From the sequence record ON470583: a DNA stretch of 36,681 bases. The stretch is one strand, 5' to 3'. The stretch is from Escherichia phage vB_EcoS-689R5. Below the pieces are notes generated by a model, which was not told the DNA's origin, did no database searches, and was given only the letters and a program-made list of their open reading frames with translations. This document shows positions 25,732-35,590 of the stretch, piece by piece (position 1 is the stretch's first letter; every line of letters starts with the position of its first letter). The translations under genes and the position numbers were made by a program.

Positions 25732-26323
25732 CCGTGAAACGCGCTGTTACAGCGGGGAGGTGCGGGCGGAACAATATGATAATGCCCCGACCCACATTCT
25801 GGGGTATGGCTCGGTATTTAACAGTCGTTCAGAACCTCTGTGGGGATTTCGTGAAATCATCAAGCCGGGGGCTTTTGATGATGTACTGAATGATGATGTA
25901 CGTGGCTTGTTTAATCATGATCCTAATTTCATTCTCGGACGAAGTTCTGCCGGCACGTTGTCATTGTCGGTGGATGAACGCGGTTTACGTTATGACATTG
26001 TTGCACCGGATACTCCGACTATTTGTGACCTGGTGCTGTCTCCAATGTTGCGTGGTGACATTAATCAGTCCTCGTTCGCGTTTCGTGTCGCCCGTGACGG
26101 AGAGAGCTGGTATGAAGACGACGAGGGGATTGTTATCCGGGAAATCACGCGCATTTCTCGTCTGTATGACGTCAGCCCGGTGACATATCCGGCCTATCAG
26201 GACGCAGACTCTGGTGTCCGCTCAATGAAAGCCTGGCAGGAAGCGCGGGCGAGTGGTGCGCTGAAGAAAGCTGTTAACGAACGAATGGCGCGTGAGCGTC
26301 TTTTGACCCTTCTTAATGCATAA
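25724..26323 (+). CDS. Prohead maturation protease (HK97 family)
   Basis: 199-aa ORF between portal and major capsid. Confidence 0.8.
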   Translation: MNDRETRCYSGEVRAEQYDNAPTHILGYGSVFNSRSEPLWGFREIIKPGAFDDVLNDDVRGLFNHDPNFILGRSSAGTLSLSVDERGLRYDIVAPDTPTICDLVLSPMLRGDINQSSFAFRVARDGESWYEDDEGIVIREITRISRLYDVSPVTYPAYQDADSGVRSMKAWQEARASGALKKAVNERMARERLLTLLNA

Positions 26324-26337
26324 GGATACTACTGACG

Positions 26338-27555
26338 ATGAAACTTCATGAGATGAAGCAAAAACGAAACACCATTGCAAAGGATATGCGTGCACTGCAT
26401 GAAAAAATTGGTGATAACGCATGGACTGATGAGCAACGGGCAGAGTGGAACAGGGCGAAAGCTGAGCTGGATGCGCTGGATGAGCAAATCGCCCGTGAAG
26501 AAGAGTTGCGCCGTCAGGATCAGGCATATGTGGATGAGTCCGGGCCGGAAGAGCGCCAGAATAATGAGGCGGAGAACGGGAAAAAGGCGGTGGAAGAGAA
26601 GCGCGCTGCGGCATTTAACCGTTTTCTGCGTGCCGGATTTGCAGAACTGAATGCTGAAGAGCGTAATCTGATGCGTGAACTGCGGGCTCAGAGTGTAACA
26701 ACGGATTCTCAGGGCGGATATACGGTGCCCACGCAGATGCGTAACAAAATCATTGACACCATGAAGGCTTATGGCGGGATTGCCAGTGTGGCGCAACTTC
26801 TGACCACATCAACCGGGCAGGATATCACCTGGTCAACGTCTGATGGCACGACTGAAGAGGGCGAACTGCTGGCGGAAAATACAGCCGCAACGGAACAGGA
26901 TGTGACGTTCGGGACCGCTATTCTGGGGGCTAAAAAGCTGTCATCAAAAATAATTCGTGTGTCCAATGAGCTGCTCCAGGACAGTGGGGTGGATATTGAA
27001 TCTTATCTGGCAAACCGTATTGCCCAGCGTATTGGTCGTGGAGAGGCAAAATATCTGGTTCAGGGGACCGGAACGGGATCACCGTTACAGCCAAAAGGGC
27101 TGGCAGCGTCGGTGACGGGAACCATCCAGACTGCAGCCTCTGCCGCTTTCACCTGGAAAGAAATGAATGCCCTGAAACATGCCATTGATCCGGCATATCG
27201 TGGTGGGCCGAAATACCGCTGGGCATTCAATGATGCCACATTGCAGACTATTGAAGAGATGGAGGATGGGCAGAAACGCCCGTTATGGCTGCCGGATATT
27301 GCAGGCGGTACGCCGGCTACTGTGCTGGGGATCCCTTATGTTATTGATCAGGCTATTGACGGGATTGGTACCGGAAAAAAATTCATTTTCCTGGGGGATT
27401 TCAACCGCTTTATCATTCGCCGCGTTACTTATATGGAACTGAAACGTCTGGTTGAGCGTTATGCTGAGTTTGATCAGGTGGCATTTCTGGCTTTCCATCG
27501 TTTTGACTGTGTGCTGGAAGATGTGGCAGCCATCAAGGCGCTCACTGGCAAATAA
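26338..27555 (+). CDS. Major capsid protein (HK97 fold) with N-terminal delta/scaffold-like coiled coil
   Basis: 405-aa ORF; charged coiled-coil N-terminus (residues about 1-100) then the capsid domain; strong terminator downstream. Confidence 0.85.
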   Translation: MKLHEMKQKRNTIAKDMRALHEKIGDNAWTDEQRAEWNRAKAELDALDEQIAREEELRRQDQAYVDESGPEERQNNEAENGKKAVEEKRAAAFNRFLRAGFAELNAEERNLMRELRAQSVTTDSQGGYTVPTQMRNKIIDTMKAYGGIASVAQLLTTSTGQDITWSTSDGTTEEGELLAENTAATEQDVTFGTAILGAKKLSSKIIRVSNELLQDSGVDIESYLANRIAQRIGRGEAKYLVQGTGTGSPLQPKGLAASVTGTIQTAASAAFTWKEMNALKHAIDPAYRGGPKYRWAFNDATLQTIEEMEDGQKRPLWLPDIAGGTPATVLGIPYVIDQAIDGIGTGKKFIFLGDFNRFIIRRVTYMELKRLVERYAEFDQVAFLAFHRFDCVLEDVAAIKALTGK

Positions 27556-27576
27556 CCACTCGTTGTTCAGTTACAG

Positions 27577-27598
27577 ACCGCGCCGACGCGGTTTTTTT
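27577..27598 (+). terminator. Rho-independent terminator after the major capsid gene
   Basis: CCGCG-CCGA-CGCGG followed by UUUUUUU. Confidence 0.75.
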
Positions 27599-27631
27599 AT
27601 GCCCGCACAGTGTTGCGGGCAGGAGTTTCTG

Positions 27632-27949
27632 ATGGCAGCAATAGTGGAAAAACTCAGGGCGCAGTGCCGTATTGATACAGATGATGCAACTGATGATGAG
27701 TTACTGATGCTGTATTTCCGGGCTGCCTGCCGCAAGGCAGAAAATTTTATCAACCGTAAGCTTTATGAGGAGACGGTGCCGGAAGGTGATCCTGAAGGGG
27801 TGCTTATAGCTGATGATGTTTTGCTGGCGCTCATGTTGCTGGTCGGGCACTGGTACGAAAACCGGGAAAATTCCTCAGATGTCAGCAAGGCACCAGTCCC
27901 GTTTGGTTTTTCTTCTCTGCTGGAGCCTTATCGTTTTATTCCTTTGTAG
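27632..27949 (+). CDS. Head-tail connector (gp6-like) protein
   Basis: 105-aa ORF MAAIVEKLRAQCRIDTDDATDDELLMLYFRAACRKAENF...; ATG after AGGAG. Confidence 0.65.
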   Translation: MAAIVEKLRAQCRIDTDDATDDELLMLYFRAACRKAENFINRKLYEETVPEGDPEGVLIADDVLLALMLLVGHWYENRENSSDVSKAPVPFGFSSLLEPYRFIPL

Positions 27950-27957
27950 GAGGAGAC

Positions 27958-28296
27958 ATGCAGGCGGGCAGATTACGTGATCGCGTAATTATTCTGAATG
28001 TCACCACCGCCCGCTCTCCGTCAGGGCATCCGGTGGAGACGGTGACGGAGGGAGCTACCGTATGGGCAGAAGTTAAGGGTATCAGCGGGAGGGAGATAAT
28101 CTCAGGCGGAGCAGAAACCGCTCAGGCTACGGTCAGAGTCTGGATGAGATTCCGGCGCGATGTGACAGCGACTTCACGTCTGAAAGTGCTGACCGGTGCA
28201 TTTAAAGGGGCCATTCTGGGTATAGAAGGTCCACCAATACCGGATGCACGCGCTACCCGGCTTGAAATACTCTGCAGCCTGAAGGGGAATGTGTGA
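27958..28296 (+). CDS. Head closure / head-tail adaptor protein
   Basis: 112-aa ORF in the conserved position. Confidence 0.65.
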   Translation: MQAGRLRDRVIILNVTTARSPSGHPVETVTEGATVWAEVKGISGREIISGGAETAQATVRVWMRFRRDVTATSRLKVLTGAFKGAILGIEGPPIPDARATRLEILCSLKGNV

Positions 28297-28742
28297 TGGA
28301 TTTCAGTCTTGATTTTTCCGGCCTGGCGGATATTGCACGGGATCTGGAGACGCTCAGCAGGGCAGAAAACAATAAGGTTCTGCGCGATGCCACCCGTGCC
28401 GGTGCTGAAGTTATGCGGGATGCAGTTGTTGAACGTGCGCCGGAGCGAACCGGGAAACTGAAGAAAAATGTGGTTGTTCTCACTCAGCGTTCAAAGCGTC
28501 GGGGGGAAATTATCTCGGGTGTCCACATTCGCGGACGGAACCTGCGAACCGGAAACAGTGATAACAGCATGAAAGCCAGCGATCCCCGAAATGCATTTTA
28601 CTGGCGCTTTGTGGAGCTGGGAACGATAAACATGCCCGCGCATCCATTCATTCGCCCGGCTTTCGATACGACAGAGGAGCTGGCGGCGCAGGTTGCCATA
28701 CAGCGAATGAATCAGGCTATTGATGAGGTCTTAAGTAAATGA
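28293..28742 (+). CDS. HK97 gp10-family tail component
   Basis: 149-aa ORF with ...NMPAHPFIRPAFD... motif. Confidence 0.65.
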   Translation: MMDFSLDFSGLADIARDLETLSRAENNKVLRDATRAGAEVMRDAVVERAPERTGKLKKNVVVLTQRSKRRGEIISGVHIRGRNLRTGNSDNSMKASDPRNAFYWRFVELGTINMPAHPFIRPAFDTTEELAAQVAIQRMNQAIDEVLSK

Positions 28743-29083
28743 GGGAGGGCACACTGTATTCCCTGTTGTCTCAGCTGGCCGGAGGACAGGTTTATCCTTA
28801 TGTGGTCCCGCTGACGGAGGGAAAGCCTGCGGTATCTCCGCCGTGGCTGGTGTTTTCTGTGGTGTCTGACACGGCATCTGATGTGCTTGATGGGCAGGCT
28901 GAATCCAGAATTACCGTGCAGATCGATGTCTGGGCGACAGTACCTGATGACGCAGATGATATTCGTGAGCAGGCGCTTGATGCAGTAAGGAAACTGGCAC
29001 CCTCCGTTATTTCTAAAACGCAGGGGTATGATCCTGACTCCCGTCTGAGCAGAGCCACGCTTGAATTTCAGGTAATAGCCTGA
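28739..29083 (+). CDS. Tail completion protein (DUF3168-like)
   Basis: 114-aa ORF preceding the major tail protein; terminator downstream. Confidence 0.55.
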   Translation: MREGTLYSLLSQLAGGQVYPYVVPLTEGKPAVSPPWLVFSVVSDTASDVLDGQAESRITVQIDVWATVPDDADDIREQALDAVRKLAPSVISKTQGYDPDSRLSRATLEFQVIA

Positions 29084-29104
29084 GGTCGTTAATGATTTTA
29101 CCCA

Positions 29105-29126
29105 CCCGCCGCTGGCGGGTTTTTTA
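29105..29126 (+). terminator. Rho-independent terminator-like hairpin upstream of the major tail gene
   Basis: CCCGCC-GCU-GGCGGG followed by UUUUUUAUUUU. Confidence 0.7.
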
Positions 29127-29142
29127 TTTTCAGGAGACGAGT

Positions 29143-29847
29143 ATGTCCTCTAATTTTGAGCGTTCGCAACTGACGAAAATTATGATTTCGTCTGCACCGG
29201 TAACAGCAGAAACCCTGGATTCTGCCAGCTATCTTGGCCTGAGCTGTACAATCAAAGAGGTGCAGTTTACTGCAGGACAAAAGCAGGATATTGATGTCAC
29301 CACGCTGTGTTCTGTTGAGCAGGAAAATATTAACGGCCTTGGTGCTGCTTCAGAGATTTCCATGTCAGGCAACTTTTACCTCAATGCTGCCCAGAACGCG
29401 TTGCGCAGTGCCTATGACAATGACACCACGTATGGCTTTAAAGTTATTTTTCCGTCAGGCAACGGATTTACCTTTATGGCAGAGGTGCGTCAGCATACCT
29501 GGTCTGCAGGAACCAATGGTGTTGTGGCTGCAACGTTTTCTCTGCGCCTGAAAGGTAAACCTGTGCTGACGACAGAGCCGCTGAAAGTGAAGGTCGATTT
29601 AAAAAGCACGCTGCGGGTTGCTTCCGGATCGAAACTTGAAATGGCGGTTGAGGCTGCGGGTGGTGTGCCGCCTTATTCTTATGTCTGGAAGAAAGGTGGT
29701 TCTCCTGTTTCCGGACAGACGGCGGCAACGTTCAGTAAGGCATCGGCAGTATCCGGTGATGCGGGTGCATATACCTGCGAGATTTCTGATTCAGCAAGCC
29801 CGGTTAACAAAGTGACCTCTACTTCCTGCACTGTTACCGTCAGTTAA
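29143..29847 (+). CDS. Major tail protein with C-terminal Ig-like domain
   Basis: ATG after CAGGAGACGAGT; C-terminal approx. 90 aa (...LEMAVEAAGGVPPYSYVWKKGGSPVSGQTAATFSKASAVSGDAGAYTCEISDSASPVNKVTSTSCTVTVS) has Big_2-like character. Confidence 0.75.
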   Translation: MSSNFERSQLTKIMISSAPVTAETLDSASYLGLSCTIKEVQFTAGQKQDIDVTTLCSVEQENINGLGAASEISMSGNFYLNAAQNALRSAYDNDTTYGFKVIFPSGNGFTFMAEVRQHTWSAGTNGVVAATFSLRLKGKPVLTTEPLKVKVDLKSTLRVASGSKLEMAVEAAGGVPPYSYVWKKGGSPVSGQTAATFSKASAVSGDAGAYTCEISDSASPVNKVTSTSCTVTVS

Positions 29848-29861
29848 TGAGGATAGATGTG

Positions 29862-30233
29862 ATGACTAAAAATATCCGTAATCTGGCACTGGCAACGATG
29901 TCGGGGTTTCGCCATAAAACTGTTGATGTGCCTGAATGGGAAGGGGCAACGGTTGTATTACGGGAACCTTCTGCAGAAGCCTGGTTGCGCTGGCAGGAGA
30001 TCGTTAAAGCAAAAGATGATGAGACACCGTTATCCGTTGCGGAGCGCGCCCGCCGAAATCTGGAAGCGGATGTTGAACTGTTCATCGATGTTCTGTGTGA
30101 TACCGGACTGCAACCTGTATTTTCAGAGGATGATCGTGAACAGGTGATTGCCGTGTATGGCCCGGTGCATGCGCGGCTTCTTCGGCAGTCTCTGGAACTA
30201 ATCAGTGATGCCGGCGAGGTTAAAAAAAAGTAG
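29862..30233 (+). CDS. Tail assembly chaperone G
   Basis: ORF ending at TAG just after the slippery run; start placed at the ATG 8 nt after GAGGA (track start 29847 is an alternative). Confidence 0.7.
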   Translation: MTKNIRNLALATMSGFRHKTVDVPEWEGATVVLREPSAEAWLRWQEIVKAKDDETPLSVAERARRNLEADVELFIDVLCDTGLQPVFSEDDREQVIAVYGPVHARLLRQSLELISDAGEVKKK

Positions 30234-30535
30234 CGCTTCCGGGGATGCGTTTTCTGATGATGCTGGCGCTCAGGATGGGGCGCACATTGTCAGAGTTACG
30301 CCGGGAAATGTCCGCATCAGAAATCATGATGTGGGCAGAATTTGACAGGTTCAGCCCGCTGGGGGACGAACGGGCTGATATCCGGGCTGCCCAGATTGTT
30401 TCAGCTGTTTACGGTGCGCAGGGGGTCAAAGTGCCACTGAATGATGCGCTTCTTCAGTGGGAGAAGGAGCAGACAGAAGGCGTATCAGATCCATTTGCCG
30501 GACTGGAAAACGCGCTTTTAATAGTGTCTCAGTGA
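30224..30535 (+). CDS. T-frame extension of the G-T tail assembly chaperone, reached by -1 frameshift at A AAA AAG
   Basis: Slippery heptamer at 30224-30230; -1 frame continues ...VALPGMRFLMMLALRMGRTLSELRREMSASEIMMWAEFD... to TGA at 30533-30535. Confidence 0.7.
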   Translation, partial: KKVALPGMRFLMMLALRMGRTLSELRREMSASEIMMWAEFDRFSPLGDERADIRAAQIVSAVYGAQGVKVPLNDALLQWEKEQTEGVSDPFAGLENALLIVSQ

Positions 30536-30540
30536 GTCAA

Positions 30541-30566
30541 CATAACCGCTTCGGCGGTTTTTTTTC
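30541..30566 (+). terminator. Rho-independent terminator-like hairpin between T and the tape measure gene
   Basis: ACCGC-UUCG-GCGGU followed by UUUUUUUU. Confidence 0.65.
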
Positions 30567-30575
30567 GTCCGGAGA

Positions 30576-33500
30576 ATGAGTGTGGCGACATTACGTGAAC
30601 TGATTATTAAAATCTCGGCAAATTCCCGGTCATTCCAGTCAGAGATCTCCCGGGCTTCGCGTATGGGGCAGGATTACTACCGTACCATGCAGAACGGAGG
30701 CCGACAGTCCGCTGCTGCATCCCGTGAAATGCGGCGTGCACTGGCAGAAGTGACGGATCAGATAAATACAGCTAAATCTTCGGCACTGAACATGGCGGGG
30801 GCATTTGCCGGGGCTTTTGCTACCGGTCATCTTATTTCTCTCGCCGATGAGTGGAATTCAGTAAATGCCCGTCTGAAGCAGGCCTCACAGTCCAGTGATG
30901 ATTTTCAGTCATCACAGCGTGAATTAATGGCGATCAGCCAGAGAACGGGGACGGCGTTTTCTGATAACGCCAGCCTTTTTGCCCGTTCTGCAGCTTCCAT
31001 GCGGGAGTATGGTTACAGTTCTGAGGAGGTACTGAAAGTCACCGAGGCGATCTCCACGGGCCTGAAATTATCCGGTGCCAGTACAGCAGAAGCCAGTTCG
31101 GTGATCACGCAGTTCAGTCAGGCACTGGCGCAGGGAGTGCTGCGCGGTGAAGAGTTTAACTCGGTGAATGAGAACGGCGATCGTGTTATTCGTGCGCTGG
31201 CTGCGGGAATGGGGGTTGCCCGTAAGGATCTGAAGGCCATGGCGGATAACGGAAAACTGACCGCCGATAAGGTTGTTCCTGCACTGATTAGTCAGCTTGG
31301 GGCGTTGCGTGATGAATATGCAGCAATGCCTGATACGGTTTCATCCTCTGCAACCAAAGTTGAAAACGCCTTTATGGCCTGGGTTGGTGGTGCGAACGAG
31401 GCAAGCGGAGTGACGAAGACGCTCTCCGGTGTGCTGAATGGTATTGCAGGCAATATTGACACCGTGGCAACCGCTGCTGGTGCTCTGGTTGCCGTCGGGG
31501 TAGCCCGATATTTTGGCAATATGGCGTCTTCTGCTGGATCTGCAACTGCCGGATTAATTACTGCAGCCAGAAACGAAGTGGCTCTTGCTGAAGCGCAACT
31601 TCGGGGGACACAGATAGCAACCGCCAGGGCGCGTGCGGCGGTTTATCGTGCGCAACAGGCGGTTGTTGCTGCTCGCGGTACCGAAAGGCAGGCCGCAGCA
31701 GAAGCGAAGCTGACAGCTGCTCAGGCGTCACTTACCCGTAATATTGCGGCCAGAACAGCGGCACAGACAACGCTGAATACTGTCACGTCAGTGGGGAGTC
31801 GTCTGTTAAGTGGTGCGCTGGGGTTGGTTGGTGGTGTGCCGGGACTCGTCATGCTGGGGGCGACGGCCTGGTACACGATGTATCAGAATCAGGAGCAGGC
31901 CAGAGAATCTGCACGCCAGTATGCCGCAACAATCGACGAAATTCGCCAGAAAACGTCGGCAATGTCGCTTCCTGAAGCGTCAGATAATGAGGAAAAGACG
32001 CGGCAGGCACTTGATGAGCAAAACAGGTTAATTGACGAGCAGAAAAGTAAGATTAAATCCTTACAGGAAAAAATTGCTGGCTATCAGTATGTGCTGGCAA
32101 ACCCGGGCTGGACAACCGATAACGGTTTTATGATTAACCACATGACGTCGGTAAAAACTGTCACAGAAGGGCTTGCAGAAGCAACAAATCAACTGGCAGT
32201 TGAACAGTCCCGTCTCACACAAATGCAGGGCAAAGCGCAATCCATTCAGGATGTGCTTGCCGGGCTGGAGGAGCGACGGGTGGCGTTGATCCGTCAACAG
32301 GCCGCGGAACAAAACAAAGCGTATCAGTCCCTGTTGATCATGAATGGGCAGCATACCGAGTTTAATCGCCTTCTCGGGCTCGGTAATGAATTACTTCAGC
32401 AGCGACAGGGGCTGGTGAATGTACCGTTACGGCTACCACAGGCAACCCTGGATGATAAACAGCAGACTGCACTGAATAACAGCGAGCGCGAACTGGCTCT
32501 GTCCCGCCTGAAGGGGGAAGCCCGTGAGCGTGCCCGCCTGGGTTATGCTGCGGATGATCTCGGCTTTGTGGGAGAGGCGTATCAGACAGCCAGACAGAAT
32601 TATATCAATAACTCACTGGATGCCTGGCGAAATAACCAGGCAAATAAACCCAAAGCGCATAAAAAGACCGAAGCGGAAAAAACAGAAGATATTTATAAAC
32701 GGCTGATTAAACAGCAAAAAGAACAAATAGCACTGGCAGGGCAGAATACTGAACTGGCTAAGATGAAATATCAGGTCAGTCAGGGCGAATTATCAACCCT
32801 GTCAGAAGCGCAGAAAAAAACGCTTTTGCAGAATGCAGCACTCATCGACCAGAAAAAGATTCGTGAGCAGCTTGCTGCGTATGAAAGCAGCCTGGCGGAC
32901 AGTAATGCCAGTGCCCGGGCATCTGACGACGCGCAGTTACTGGGATATGGTGAAGGCTCACGGATGCGTGAACGACTCCAGGAAATGTGGAGTATCCGGC
33001 ATGAGTTTGAGCAGAAAAATAACGAGCTGCTGAGACAGTATCAGGCCGGAGAAATTGAAGAAGCCCTGTGGAAACAGGAGAAAGAACTGAATAAAAAATA
33101 TCTGGAAGAGCGTCTCAGCGATCAGCAGGATTATTATGCAAAGGCCGATGCTTTACGTAATAACTGGAATGCAGGACTCCAGGAGGGGCTGACCAACTGG
33201 GCAGACAGTGCCACCGATTATGCTTCGCAGGCGGCAGATGCTGTCGTTTCCACTATGGACGGACTGGTATCAAATATTTCCGATGCACTGGCCGGAAATG
33301 TTGTGGACTGGAGAAACTGGGGGAGTTCAGTTCTCCGGGAAGTTTCAAAAATTCTGATGAATGCGGCCATTGTTAACGGACTGAAGTCACTCTCCGGTGC
33401 CGGAGGGTGGCTTGGTACGGTCGGCGGATGGATTTCGGGGGCGGTGGCAAACGCAAAAGGTGGTGTTTACACATCGGCAAATCTGAGTGCTTACAGTAAC

Positions 33501-33809
33501 ACTATTGTGGATACACCGACGTATTTTGCTTTTGCGAAAGGTGCCGGGCTGATGGGCGAGGCCGGGCCTGAAGCTATCATGCCACTGACACGGGCAGCGG
33601 ACGGCTCTCTTGGGGTCAGAGCCATTGGCAATGTGAATAGTGGCGGGGGGGTTGTTTATTCTCCCGTGTATCACATCAGCATTCAGAATCAAGGGAGCAA
33701 TGGCGAGATAGATGCGCGCTCAGCCAGGGGACTGGTGGATCTGATCGACAGCAGGGTTGTGTCAATTATGCAGTCATCGCGTCGGGATGGAGGATTGTAC
33801 AGTGCCTGA
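30576..33809 (+). CDS. Tail tape measure protein
   Basis: 1077-aa ORF, Ala/Gln-rich coiled-coil segments, directly after the G/GT chaperones. Confidence 0.9.
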   Translation: MSVATLRELIIKISANSRSFQSEISRASRMGQDYYRTMQNGGRQSAAASREMRRALAEVTDQINTAKSSALNMAGAFAGAFATGHLISLADEWNSVNARLKQASQSSDDFQSSQRELMAISQRTGTAFSDNASLFARSAASMREYGYSSEEVLKVTEAISTGLKLSGASTAEASSVITQFSQALAQGVLRGEEFNSVNENGDRVIRALAAGMGVARKDLKAMADNGKLTADKVVPALISQLGALRDEYAAMPDTVSSSATKVENAFMAWVGGANEASGVTKTLSGVLNGIAGNIDTVATAAGALVAVGVARYFGNMASSAGSATAGLITAARNEVALAEAQLRGTQIATARARAAVYRAQQAVVAARGTERQAAAEAKLTAAQASLTRNIAARTAAQTTLNTVTSVGSRLLSGALGLVGGVPGLVMLGATAWYTMYQNQEQARESARQYAATIDEIRQKTSAMSLPEASDNEEKTRQALDEQNRLIDEQKSKIKSLQEKIAGYQYVLANPGWTTDNGFMINHMTSVKTVTEGLAEATNQLAVEQSRLTQMQGKAQSIQDVLAGLEERRVALIRQQAAEQNKAYQSLLIMNGQHTEFNRLLGLGNELLQQRQGLVNVPLRLPQATLDDKQQTALNNSERELALSRLKGEARERARLGYAADDLGFVGEAYQTARQNYINNSLDAWRNNQANKPKAHKKTEAEKTEDIYKRLIKQQKEQIALAGQNTELAKMKYQVSQGELSTLSEAQKKTLLQNAALIDQKKIREQLAAYESSLADSNASARASDDAQLLGYGEGSRMRERLQEMWSIRHEFEQKNNELLRQYQAGEIEEALWKQEKELNKKYLEERLSDQQDYYAKADALRNNWNAGLQEGLTNWADSATDYASQAADAVVSTMDGLVSNISDALAGNVVDWRNWGSSVLREVSKILMNAAIVNGLKSLSGAGGWLGTVGGWISGAVANAKGGVYTSANLSAYSNTIVDTPTYFAFAKGAGLMGEAGPEAIMPLTRAADGSLGVRAIGNVNSGGGVVYSPVYHISIQNQGSNGEIDARSARGLVDLIDSRVVSIMQSSRRDGGLYSA

Positions 33810-34143
33810 GCCTGAAGTTTTTAACTGGATCCCCCGTGAGGGGATGGAGACGACACGAAAGCCATCAGTTATTACGGTAAAGTTTGGTGACGGATATGAA
33901 CAGCGACGGGCTGGTGGTCTGAATGCGGATCTGAAAACGTTTAAACCGGTATTTCGTGTCACAGATGAATATTCCCGTGCCGCGCTGGACAGTTTTTTAT
34001 CCCGTCATGCCGGGATTCGTGCTTTTTTGTGGCGTCCGCCAAAACACAACAGGACTGTCCGGGTTGTCTGCAGGGAGTGGAGCATTTCGGATAATGCCAT
34101 GTATACCGATTTTAACTGTACCTTTGAAGAGGTCACTCACTGA
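33787..34143 (+). CDS. Minor tail protein M (lambda gpM-like)
   Basis: ...VKFGDGYEQRRAGGLNADLKTF...FLWRPP... as in lambda M; start overlaps the tape measure 3' end. Confidence 0.8.
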   Translation: MEDCTVPEPEVFNWIPREGMETTRKPSVITVKFGDGYEQRRAGGLNADLKTFKPVFRVTDEYSRAALDSFLSRHAGIRAFLWRPPKHNRTVRVVCREWSISDNAMYTDFNCTFEEVTH

Positions 34144-34841
34144 TGCAGGATATACAGCAGGAAACACTCAATGAGTGCACTAAAACGGAGCAATCCGCGC
34201 TGATCGTGCTCTGGGAAGTCGATCTGACAGAGGTCGGCGGAGAACGTTATTTTTTCTGTAATGAGCAGAACGAAAAAGGTGAGTCGGTCACCTGGCAGGG
34301 GCGACAGTATCAGGCGTACCCTATTCAGGGAAGCGGCTTTGAGATGAACGGCAAAGGAGCCAGTGCAAGACCAACGCTGAAAGTCTCTAACCTGCACGGC
34401 ATGGTCACCGGGATGGCGGAAGACCTGCAGAGTCTGGTCGGCGGAACGGTGGTCAGGCGTAAGGTTTACGCCCGTTTTCTGGATGCGGTGAACTTCGTCA
34501 ACGGAAACAGTGACGCCGATCCGGAGCAGGAGGTGATCAGCCGCTGGCGCATCGAGCAGTGCAGCGAACTGAGCGCGGTCAGTGCCTCCTTTGTGTTGTC
34601 CACACCGACGGAAACGGACGGTGCCGTTTTTCCGGGGCGCATCATGCTGGCCAACACCTGCACCTGGATCTACCGCGGCGATGAGTGCGGTTATGATGGC
34701 CCGGCTGTCGCGGATGAATATGACCAGCCAACGTCCGATATCACGAAGGATAAATGCAGCAAATGCCTGAGTGGCTGTAAGTTTCGCAATAACGTCGGCA
34801 ACTTTGGCGGCTTCCTTTCCATTAACAAACTTTCGCAGTAA
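34143..34841 (+). CDS. Minor tail protein L (lambda gpL-like)
   Basis: 232-aa ORF with C-terminal cysteine cluster (CTWIYRGDECGY...CSKCLSGC). Confidence 0.85.
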   Translation: MQDIQQETLNECTKTEQSALIVLWEVDLTEVGGERYFFCNEQNEKGESVTWQGRQYQAYPIQGSGFEMNGKGASARPTLKVSNLHGMVTGMAEDLQSLVGGTVVRRKVYARFLDAVNFVNGNSDADPEQEVISRWRIEQCSELSAVSASFVLSTPTETDGAVFPGRIMLANTCTWIYRGDECGYDGPAVADEYDQPTSDITKDKCSKCLSGCKFRNNVGNFGGFLSINKLSQ

Positions 34842-34846
34842 ATCCC

Positions 34847-35590
34847 ATGACAGAGACAGAATCAGCGATTCTGGCGCACGCCCGGCGATGTGCGCCAGCG
34901 GAGTCGTGCGGCTTCGTGGTGAGAACGTCGGAAGGGGAAAGATATTTTCCCTGCGTGAATATCTCCGGTGAGCCGGAGGAGTATTTCCGGATGTCGCCGG
35001 AGGACTGGCTGCGGGCAGAGATGCAGGGTGAGATTGTGGCGCTGGTCCACAGCCACCCCGGTGGTCTGCCCTGGCTGAGTGAGGCCGACCGGCGGCTGCA
35101 GGTGCATAGTGATTTGCCGTGGTGGCTGGTCTGCCGGGGTGAGATTCATAAATTCCGCTGTGTGCCGCATCTCACCGGGCGGCGCTTTGAGCACGGGGTG
35201 ACGGACTGTTACACGCTGTTCCGGGATGCTTACCATCTGGCGGGGATTGAGATGCCGGATTTTCATCGTGAGGATGACTGGTGGCGTCACGGTCAGAATC
35301 TCTATCTGGATAATCTGGAGGCAACGGGGCTATATCAGGTGCCGTTGTCAGCGGCGCAGCCGGGCGATGTGCTGCTGTGCTGTTTTGGTTCATCGGTGCC
35401 GAATCATGCCGCCATTTACTGCGGCGACGGCGAGCTGCTGCACCATATTCCTGAACAACTGAGCAAACGAGAGAGGTATACCGACAAATGGCAGCGACGC
35501 ACACACTCCCTCTGGCGTCACCGGGCATGGTACGCATCTGCCTTTACGGGGATTTACAACGATTTGGCCGCCGCATCGACCTTCGTGTGA
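34847..35590 (+). CDS. Tail assembly protein K (JAB/MPN plus NlpC/P60-like); overlaps I by 103 nt
   Basis: ...AESCGFVV...HSHPGG...DCYTLFRDAYHLAGIEMP...; the lambda-annotated shorter start would be the ATG at 34991. Confidence 0.85.
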   Translation: MTETESAILAHARRCAPAESCGFVVRTSEGERYFPCVNISGEPEEYFRMSPEDWLRAEMQGEIVALVHSHPGGLPWLSEADRRLQVHSDLPWWLVCRGEIHKFRCVPHLTGRRFEHGVTDCYTLFRDAYHLAGIEMPDFHREDDWWRHGQNLYLDNLEATGLYQVPLSAAQPGDVLLCCFGSSVPNHAAIYCGDGELLHHIPEQLSKRERYTDKWQRRTHSLWRHRAWYASAFTGIYNDLAAASTFV

